Positions 9,222 through 16,639 of a DNA stretch of 64,000 nucleotides are shown in pieces. How positions within the stretch are numbered: the first letter of the stretch is position 1; each line of letters starts with the position of its first letter. The notes under the pieces were generated by a model. It did no database searches and was not told the origin of the DNA. It was given only the letters and a program-made list of their open reading frames with translations. Source of the DNA: an uncultured bacterium (lineage in GTDB: Bacteria > Zixibacteria > MSB-5A5 > UBA10806); NCBI GenBank assembly GCA_965541585.1, contig CBEUCH010000008.1, positions 64,001-128,000 on the forward strand, read 5' to 3'. Both the position numbers and the translations under genes were made by a program.

Positions 9222-11495
9222 ATGCAATTAATACAGGTTTTAGATAAGATCAAAACGGCCAGGGAGTTCGGTCCCAATATATGTCACTGGCATATATCGC
9301 CGCCGGGCGATGGCAAATTTGCTGATTTTCCCGAGACTGTCGATACGAAATTAGCCAATGTCTTAAAATCTATAGGTATCAATAAACTTTACAGCCACCA
9401 GGCAGAGGCTTTCGAGACCGCGTCTCAAGGCAAGAATTTTGTGGTCGTCACACCGACAGCATCGGGTAAGTCACTCTGCTATAATCTTTCCGTCATGAAT
9501 CATCTCCTGACCAAGGATCCAGAGGCCCGGGCTCTGTATATTTTCCCCACCAAGGCACTGTCTGCGGATCAGGTTGATGAGCTTTACTCCATGGTCGAGG
9601 CCTGCGGCGCTGACATCAAGACCTACACCTTCGATGGAGATACTCCGCAATCGGCCAGGGCGGCAATCAGAAGGGCCGGTAATATCGTAGTCACCAATCC
9701 TGATATGCTGCATTCCGGGATTCTGCCCCACCACACCATCTGGGTAAAGCTGTTTGAGAATCTGAAGTATGTGGTCATCGATGAGTTGCATCACTACCGG
9801 GGCGTTTTTGGATCGCATCTGGCCAATGTTCTCCGACGTCTCCAGCGCCTCTGCGAGTTTTACGGCTCGAAACCACAATACATACTCTGCTCGGCAACGA
9901 TCGGCAATCCCCGGGAGCTGGCAGAGAAAGTGACCGGCCGGTCAGTCGACTTGATAGATAATAACGGTGCGCCGACGGGGGAGAAACATTTTATATTTTA
10001 CAATCCACCTGTGGTGAATCGCCAGCTTGGCATCCGGAAATCATCGGTGAACGAGGCGGCTCGCATCGCAGGCATGTTCATAGGAAATAACATCCAGACC
10101 ATCACATTCGCGCGCAGCCGGGTCAGGGTGGAGATTCTGACAACCTACCTCAAAGACCAGCTTGCCATCCAGAAGGTGCCTCCCGAAAAGGTTCAGGGAT
10201 ACAGGGGAGGCTACCTACCCAATGAGAGAAGGGCGATTGAGAAGGGGCTTCGTTCGGGCGAGATTCTCGGCGTAGTCTCCACGAACGCCCTGGAGCTTGG
10301 TATCGATATCGGCGGCCTCGATGTCTCAGTGATGTGCGGCTATCCGGGTGGGATAGCCTCCGCCTGGCAGCAGGCTGGGCGGGCGGGGCGCAAGACCGAT
10401 CTCTCGGTGGCCATCATGGTGGCATCATCATCGCCGCTGGATCAGTTCATCGTCAACCACCCCGAGTATTTCTTCGGTAAATCTCCGGAGGAGGGAATCA
10501 TCGATCCGGATAACCTCTCGATTCTCGTCAGCCATCTCAAATGCGCGGTGTTCGAACTGCCGGTTGAGCAGACCGAATCGTTCGGCGCCGCACCGACCAG
10601 CAGGGTCTTGGATTTCCTGGCCAAAGAGAGGCTGGTCAAAAAATCGCAGGATAAATACCATTACACGTCCGACATATATCCGGCCACGGAGGTTTCACTG
10701 CGCTCGGCGTCTGCCGAAAATTTCGTCATCATGGATGAATCCGACGGCGGCCGGGCTGTAGGGGAGGTCGATTATTTTTCAGCGCCGGAAATTGTTCACC
10801 CTGAAGCCATATACCTGCACGGCAGCCGCCAGTACCAGGTTCGTGATCTCGACTGGGACGGCAGACGCGCTTATGTTATTCCGGTGGAGGTGGAATATTA
10901 CACCGACGCTGAATCCAAGGTCACCATCAAGGTACTGCATACTGACCAGGAGGAGGCGATCCGGGAGGGAATAAAAATGGCCCTCGGCGATCTATCGGTG
11001 AGCCGGGTGGTGGTGGGATATAAGAAGGTCAGGTTCCATACGCATGAGAACCTGGGCTGGGGTAATGTTCATCTGCCGGAACAGGAGATGCATACCGGCG
11101 GTTTCTGGGTATCGTTTCCCGATGATATAAGCGAAACGCTGAATCTGACTAAGGAGAAATTAGGCGGCGCTATGCAGGGGGCGGCGCATCTTCTAAGGCA
11201 GATCGTCCCGATATGGATTTTGTCCGATCCGGGGGATATCAGGTCGGTGCCCATGGTCAGGTCGCCGTTTACGGAACAGCCCACTATTTATATTTGCGAA
11301 TCGATACCGGGTGGCGTGGGGTTTGCCCGACGGATATTCGATATGTTCGATGAGATCGTCAAAGGCGCGCTCTCTCTGGCCGGGGAATGCCCGTGCAAGG
11401 AGGGGTGCCCGTCGTGTGTCGGCCCTGCCATAGAGACCGGCGAGGGGGGTAAAGACGGGGCGGTGGCGCTGCTGAAGCTTTTGGCTGGCCGGTAA
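9222..11495 (+). CDS. DEAH-box helicase with C-terminal DUF1998 Zn domain (MrfA/YprA/Hrq1-like)
   Basis: TPTASGKS, DELH, SAT, STNALELGIDIG, QQAGRAGR, C-terminal GGVG...CPCKEGCPSC. Confidence 0.92.
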   Translation: MQLIQVLDKIKTAREFGPNICHWHISPPGDGKFADFPETVDTKLANVLKSIGINKLYSHQAEAFETASQGKNFVVVTPTASGKSLCYNLSVMNHLLTKDPEARALYIFPTKALSADQVDELYSMVEACGADIKTYTFDGDTPQSARAAIRRAGNIVVTNPDMLHSGILPHHTIWVKLFENLKYVVIDELHHYRGVFGSHLANVLRRLQRLCEFYGSKPQYILCSATIGNPRELAEKVTGRSVDLIDNNGAPTGEKHFIFYNPPVVNRQLGIRKSSVNEAARIAGMFIGNNIQTITFARSRVRVEILTTYLKDQLAIQKVPPEKVQGYRGGYLPNERRAIEKGLRSGEILGVVSTNALELGIDIGGLDVSVMCGYPGGIASAWQQAGRAGRKTDLSVAIMVASSSPLDQFIVNHPEYFFGKSPEEGIIDPDNLSILVSHLKCAVFELPVEQTESFGAAPTSRVLDFLAKERLVKKSQDKYHYTSDIYPATEVSLRSASAENFVIMDESDGGRAVGEVDYFSAPEIVHPEAIYLHGSRQYQVRDLDWDGRRAYVIPVEVEYYTDAESKVTIKVLHTDQEEAIREGIKMALGDLSVSRVVVGYKKVRFHTHENLGWGNVHLPEQEMHTGGFWVSFPDDISETLNLTKEKLGGAMQGAAHLLRQIVPIWILSDPGDIRSVPMVRSPFTEQPTIYICESIPGGVGFARRIFDMFDEIVKGALSLAGECPCKEGCPSCVGPAIETGEGGKDGAVALLKLLAGR

Positions 11496-11542
11496 CCGTT
11501 GTCGATGTAAGCTGAATCGGGCGAATATCAATTTCAACATAT

Positions 11543-11590
11543 TGTCATTCCCGACACCGATCGGCCATACGGCCCGTATGGGGAATCCAG
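11543..11590. repeat. REP-like palindrome (TGTCATTCCCG...GGGAATCCAG) with an internal CCATACGG-C-CCGTATGG hairpin
   Basis: ATTCCC/GGGAAT arms enclose a second perfect 8-bp inverted repeat; lies between convergent genes. Confidence 0.55.
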
Positions 11591-11607
11591 AATGGTAGCA
11601 AAAGATC

Positions 11608-11650
11608 GTCGGGTTTTGCCCATGCTAAGGCGGCCTGAAACCCGACCTAC
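11608..11650 (-). repeat. GTAG-type REP hairpin
   Basis: Minus strand reads GTAG-GTCGGGTTT...AAACCCGAC. Its TAG is the stop codon of the 712-aa ORF. Confidence 0.55.
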
Positions 11651-13785
11651 GGGCTACTGTCGTCATGTTCCCGAATAAGTCTCAACGACCCAGGGCAATC
11701 CGGGCAGCTGGAGGCCTCCGACGTGCCGCGATAAGCCTCGATCTCGGTGACGACATCGTTAAGCTCCAATGCCACGCAATTACCGTTGGGGTCAGCCGTA
11801 GGCGTGAAGTTATCACCATGCGGTGGGCAAGGGCATTCGTACGGTGGAACTACCGAACCTCTGTACATGCCGATCAAAGTCACCACGTCGTCCAATTCCA
11901 GGAATGTGCCATTATGGTTGACATCACCGGCTATATATTCACAACTGCATCCCACGCCCAGGGCGCCGATAGTTTCTCCGTTTTCGCCGGCCCCGATACA
12001 GCAGGATGTCTCCTGGAGGCGATAATTATCGAATTCCATACTACAGAAATCGGGATTACAGTTGATATTTCCCTCGCCTTCCCAGCCGCCCTGGATATCG
12101 CAGTAGGTGATAGAAGGATCGTTCCCATATCCATAATTATATATTTGAGGGTCTTCCGGCGCGTAATTATCCCAGAGAATGTTATTGATATAATCGTGAT
12201 CACCATAATAGACCCAGTTAAAGATACCGCCACCCCGGGTACCGGACGTATTACCTACAATGGTATTATTTTTCACCAGGGCCGTACCATAGAAAATCGC
12301 CATAGCGGCGCCAAAGGCTTCTATATGATTATCGTAAAATAAATGTCCTTCAACCAGCAAATCGCAAAACCGGGATTCGAATCCGCCACCGTGGCCATAG
12401 AGATAATTATCATAAAATCTGTTGTTTGTGACGTTTAAAGACGAATCCCATATCCTCATACCGCCTCCGGGGCCCCGGTCTCCATTACGAATAGAAAGGC
12501 CGGTTACAGTCATATCCCCCCAGCAATATACCATTGATATGCATCTGCCCGGCACTGCACTATTGATAATGGTAGTAAAGATATCGATTTGGTTACCTGA
12601 ATCGATATGGTTTGATGCTATTACAGCGTTTTTTCCCACGATCCCGATATTCTCGTAATATGTTCCGTTATCCACGATCACCGTATCGTTATGATTTGTC
12701 AAATCAACCGCGAATTGTATGGTTCGATAGGGGTATTCATAGGATCCGTCGCCGGACTCATCGCTACCGTTGGTAGCAACGTAAATTCGATTTCCCCCGG
12801 AACAGTCGGGATGATAATCAAAATATACGCCGATATCGGAACGGCTGCCGTCGGGATCTTCTATCGATGGATCGCCCGCGTCAATACAGGGAGACGACTG
12901 ACAGATATTAAAATCATCATTCTCCAGGTCAACGAATTGCGCGTATTCGTCTATATTCCCTTCGCCCTCCCAGCCGCCTTTAATATTGCAGTAAGTTACG
13001 CTAAAGGTCGAGTTCTGGCCATAGATTTCAACATAATCTTCACTTTGCCAGAAAATACTATTCTTAATTGTGGCTTCAGTATCAAGAAGATATAATCCAA
13101 AATAATATCCATTCAAGCATACTGTATTATTGATAATTTCAGTTGACGTGCATCCTTCAAGGTAAATCAAACAAGGAATACCCCAGACAGCTCCGCAGTT
13201 GTTTCTAATCAATATATTATTCGAAATTACGGTCCCGTCATTCGAGATGCATGCAATACCGCTTCCCCCGCCTCCCATGTCAGCGGTTAAAATGTTACCT
13301 ATAATAATATTATCCTTTATTAGCATGGTCGAGCCCATTGAATAAATGCCCGCACCGTAGCCATCACCGCTGAAGTTTTCCGAAATTATATTATTGAGGA
13401 CGCGTGGATTGCTATTGGAACAATATATTCCCGCTCCGTTAACGCTCCGCCCATTTTTGATTGTAAAACCTATAAGTTCCGTAGATGAGTTCTCTCCGCT
13501 TTCAAAAGTAACCACCGACTCATATAGCCCGTCGGCATCGATGACCGTTGCCGAAATATAGCTGGTATCGTCAGTGGTAATAAACAGCGAACCTAAAACA
13601 ATATTATGCCCGTTGAAATTGATGCTCTCATAATATGTCCCCGGGTGAACGAGCACGGTGTCGCCGTTTGCGGAGGCATCTATGCCCTGCTGAATAGTCG
13701 GGTAATCATCGGGGATGTTGATGATGCTGGCCAAGGCGGGCATAGAGATGATCACCGAAAATAATATTGTATGGCGAATTATCAT
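11647..13785 (-). CDS. Secreted protein with two right-handed beta-helix (pectin-lyase-like) regions and a C-terminal dockerin-like domain
   Basis: Signal peptide; IPDDYPTIQQGIDA, GAGIY/NN repeats, SPCIDAGDP, DUF1565-like YVATNGSD..GDGS...PY.TIQ, GDVN...DPNG C-terminus. Confidence 0.8.
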   Translation of the reverse strand: MIIRHTILFSVIISMPALASIINIPDDYPTIQQGIDASANGDTVLVHPGTYYESINFNGHNIVLGSLFITTDDTSYISATVIDADGLYESVVTFESGENSSTELIGFTIKNGRSVNGAGIYCSNSNPRVLNNIISENFSGDGYGAGIYSMGSTMLIKDNIIIGNILTADMGGGGSGIACISNDGTVISNNILIRNNCGAVWGIPCLIYLEGCTSTEIINNTVCLNGYYFGLYLLDTEATIKNSIFWQSEDYVEIYGQNSTFSVTYCNIKGGWEGEGNIDEYAQFVDLENDDFNICQSSPCIDAGDPSIEDPDGSRSDIGVYFDYHPDCSGGNRIYVATNGSDESGDGSYEYPYRTIQFAVDLTNHNDTVIVDNGTYYENIGIVGKNAVIASNHIDSGNQIDIFTTIINSAVPGRCISMVYCWGDMTVTGLSIRNGDRGPGGGMRIWDSSLNVTNNRFYDNYLYGHGGGFESRFCDLLVEGHLFYDNHIEAFGAAMAIFYGTALVKNNTIVGNTSGTRGGGIFNWVYYGDHDYINNILWDNYAPEDPQIYNYGYGNDPSITYCDIQGGWEGEGNINCNPDFCSMEFDNYRLQETSCCIGAGENGETIGALGVGCSCEYIAGDVNHNGTFLELDDVVTLIGMYRGSVVPPYECPCPPHGDNFTPTADPNGNCVALELNDVVTEIEAYRGTSEASSCPDCPGSLRLIREHDDSSP

Positions 13786-14681
13786 TTCAACAACACCATC
13801 ATCCTCGTCTCGGTATACTCACCCGCCTGAATCCTGTAGAAATACATGCCGGATGAACGGTCGCTGGCATCCCACACAACCTGATGATAGCCCGCTGGCT
13901 GTTCTCCTTGAACTATCGTTTCCACCCTGCGGCCGAGGATGTCGTAGATGTTGATTATAACGTGGGATGGTTCGGGCAAAGTGTAATTAATGATAGTGGA
14001 TGCGTTGAAAGGGTTGGGCTGGTTTTGAGCCAATGAAAAATCAGAGGGAATCATGGGAATAGGATCGATACTGATCTCCGGCTCAAAGTATAGCCCGCAG
14101 TAATCCTGCTCCGGCACGACGCTTCCGCCCGGCGGAGTTTCAAAAGACCAGGTAGTTCCCTGCCCGCTATGCGGATACCAGCCTATGGAAAACGGGTAGT
14201 ATGTATCATCTATAGGAACATCAGTATTGCAGGTCATACGAAATGAGCCGTAGTAATCCCATTCCCCCTGGGTATCTAACGGATCACCCTCAGGACCGAA
14301 AACTGTATATAAAGCCGCCTGCATTTCGCAGGTGTAGCCCGGAGGAATCGGGAAATCATCGTCAGGGTTGTAGATATATGGGCCATCGACCCAAACCGAC
14401 TCCCAGTTGGGCATATCGTAGTCGGGATCAATTTCTGCGCCGTTACGTAATACAATAACAGCGTCCTCAGACATCAGGCCATGTGCAAGACCGACAATGT
14501 AAGCTGAGTTACCGGGGTCAGTTCTTACCCACATCTCAATTTCTATATCCTCTCCATTGTGCACCGTCAAAACTCCGGCATTATCCCCCTCCAGTGGCCC
14601 GAAGACGATCTTGTTGGATTGGGCGGAGGCTATAGATGCTGCAAATAACGCAAACAACGATACAAACAATACTCTATTCAT
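13782..14681 (-). CDS. Secreted protein with C-terminal FlgD-Ig/'T9SS type A'-like sorting domain
   Basis: Signal peptide; QNQPNPFN...IYDILGRRV...W....SSGMYFYRI...MVLLK tail. Confidence 0.8.
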   Translation of the reverse strand: MNRVLFVSLFALFAASIASAQSNKIVFGPLEGDNAGVLTVHNGEDIEIEMWVRTDPGNSAYIVGLAHGLMSEDAVIVLRNGAEIDPDYDMPNWESVWVDGPYIYNPDDDFPIPPGYTCEMQAALYTVFGPEGDPLDTQGEWDYYGSFRMTCNTDVPIDDTYYPFSIGWYPHSGQGTTWSFETPPGGSVVPEQDYCGLYFEPEISIDPIPMIPSDFSLAQNQPNPFNASTIINYTLPEPSHVIINIYDILGRRVETIVQGEQPAGYHQVVWDASDRSSGMYFYRIQAGEYTETRMMVLLK

Positions 14682-14699
14682 CGCATCCCCCTTAACATT

Positions 14700-16091
14700 T
14701 TATTTCAACAGAACCATTTTCTTCGTTTCAGCATATTCCCCCGCCTGTATTCTGTAGAAATACATGCCGGATGATTGATTGCTGGCATCCCAGGTGATCT
14801 GACGATAACCCGCCTGCTGATTTTCATTAATAAGCGTCTCCACCCTGCGGCCGAGGATGTCGTAGATGGTGATTATGACATCGGAGGGTTCGGGCAGGGT
14901 ATAGCGGATGAGGGTGGAAGCGTTGAAGGGGTTGGGATAGTTCTGGGATACGGAGAACCTATCAGGCGAGGGGATTTCGTCATAGTCGATTCCTACCAAG
15001 AGCGAATCACCGCCGCCATAAGCGCCCATATCGCTTCTTATGGCTCCCAGCCCCCAGGAGCAATTCAGAAGGCTGTCAAGAATATCAGGATGCCCCGCAT
15101 CGATGCAGGGAGAATCAAAAGAATCTCCGCAGGCGGTGGACATGAGATGGAAATCGCCGTTTTCAGGATCACGGAAGAGAGGGTCGGCATCGATGTTGCC
15201 CTCACCGGGCCAGCCGCCCTGGATGTTACAGTAAACAATCTCAGGCGGCAGCTCGATACGCAAGAATACCTCATCTGGCTCATTTTCATAGACAATAGAA
15301 TTTATAATAATAGAATTCGGACTCCAACAGTAAATCCCTCCGCCCTGCACAATAGAAATGTTCCGACTGATTGTATTGTTGGCAATTAGAATGTCATCAC
15401 CACATATAATCCCCGCACCTTCGGCAGCGTAATTTCCAACAATGCTATTATTAGCGATAATAACACTACCCCAGCCACATATTCCGCCACCATATCCAGA
15501 TGAATTGTTTATGATTCTATTACCTATGATTAAGCTGTTAGCACAATCGCAATAAATCCCACCCCCGAACGATACACCCCTTGCATGATTATCTCTGATG
15601 AGGTTATTCACTATTTTTGAACTTGATCCAGTGCACAAGATCCCTCCGCCTGCTGTGGTTAGACTGGATACGATATTATTCTGAATAATATTGTGTGAAA
15701 TTACAGGGCTGGATGACAAACAGATGATCCCTCCTCCGAAGGCGTAATCATAACCGTTCTGCAACGTGAATCCAGAAATAGCTGAGGTGCTATCCTCCCC
15801 GCTCTCAAAAGTAACTACTGACCCGGATTCATTACCATCGATAACCGTTTCCGCTATATACGTTGTATCCCCCGTCATTAAAAACAACGACCCCAGCACA
15901 ATATTGTGCCCGTTAAAATTGATATTCTCTACATACGTCCCCGGATGAACCAGAACGGTGTCGCCGTCATGGGAGACGTCTATGCCCTCCTGAATGGTCG
16001 GGTAATCATAGGGGATTTCGATGATGGTCGCCTGGACAGGTATATATGCAAACACAAGCAACGCTATAACGAAAATGTATGCTCTTTTCAC
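14700..16091 (-). CDS. Secreted beta-helix repeat protein with C-terminal sorting-like domain
   Basis: Signal peptide, DYPTIQEGID, GGGI repeats, SPCIDAG, QNYPNPFN...SSGMYFY tail; GGAGG SD. Confidence 0.82.
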   Translation of the reverse strand: MKRAYIFVIALLVFAYIPVQATIIEIPYDYPTIQEGIDVSHDGDTVLVHPGTYVENINFNGHNIVLGSLFLMTGDTTYIAETVIDGNESGSVVTFESGEDSTSAISGFTLQNGYDYAFGGGIICLSSSPVISHNIIQNNIVSSLTTAGGGILCTGSSSKIVNNLIRDNHARGVSFGGGIYCDCANSLIIGNRIINNSSGYGGGICGWGSVIIANNSIVGNYAAEGAGIICGDDILIANNTISRNISIVQGGGIYCWSPNSIIINSIVYENEPDEVFLRIELPPEIVYCNIQGGWPGEGNIDADPLFRDPENGDFHLMSTACGDSFDSPCIDAGHPDILDSLLNCSWGLGAIRSDMGAYGGGDSLLVGIDYDEIPSPDRFSVSQNYPNPFNASTLIRYTLPEPSDVIITIYDILGRRVETLINENQQAGYRQITWDASNQSSGMYFYRIQAGEYAETKKMVLLK

Positions 16092-16237
16092 ACAGTCCTC
16101 CCGCTCAATGGAACCATTATAATTATAAGGCCTTTGTCCGGTTTGGCAAGGGAATTGTGCCCGCTTTCCCTCATTACCTGCTAGCCGTCAAATCCTGGCC
16201 ATACGGCTTGTCCTGATTTGCTAAGACCGCTCATGCT

Positions 16238-16264
16238 GTAGGGGCGAGGTAACCTCGCCCCTAC
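16238..16264. repeat. Perfect GTAG-type REP palindrome GTAGGGGCGAGGT-A-ACCTCGCCCCTAC
   Basis: 13-bp perfect inverted repeat with GTAG/CTAC ends, in the intergenic region left of the capsid cluster. Confidence 0.7.
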
Positions 16265-16301
16265 TAGCAAGAAAAAAATCCATCAAAACTAAAAAAACCT
16301 C

Positions 16302-16330
16302 TTGACACCTGCACGAATGTTCAGTATTTT
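16302..16330 (+). promoter_or_regulatory. Sigma70 promoter with a LexA-type box TGCAC-GAAT-GTTCA (16310-16323) in the spacer
   Basis: TTGACA-N17-TATTTT preceded by A-tracts. The box differs from the 9163-9176 palindrome at one arm position. Confidence 0.65.
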
Positions 16331-16438
16331 GGGGCCGGAAAGAAAGTAGAGGGAGGCTGGAACAACGCAGGCGATGGTTAACCTGTTATCATGTAACGTA
16401 TTATGATTATCGAGAATCTCAATATGAAGGGAGGCAAT

Positions 16439-16633
16439 ATGACCAGGAAAATGGAATACGACCTTTTCGCCGCACAAAAGCGATGCAATTGCGGCGGGGG
16501 TCTGATTTACGACGGACAGCTGATGGTCTGTGTCGGCTGCTACGATATTTTCTGCCCGAGCTGTTTTAACAGGGCCGTAACCGAGGGCGGATGTTTCGCC
16601 TGCGCGCTTTGCGGCTGGAGCGCATGCATATAG
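16439..16633 (+). CDS. Small Cys-rich putative zinc-finger protein
   Basis: AAGGGAGG SD before ATG 16439; CxC, CxxC, CxxC and CxxCxxC motifs in 64 aa; ends 6 nt before the helicase start. Confidence 0.7.
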   Translation: MTRKMEYDLFAAQKRCNCGGGLIYDGQLMVCVGCYDIFCPSCFNRAVTEGGCFACALCGWSACI

Positions 16634-16639
16634 GCAATT

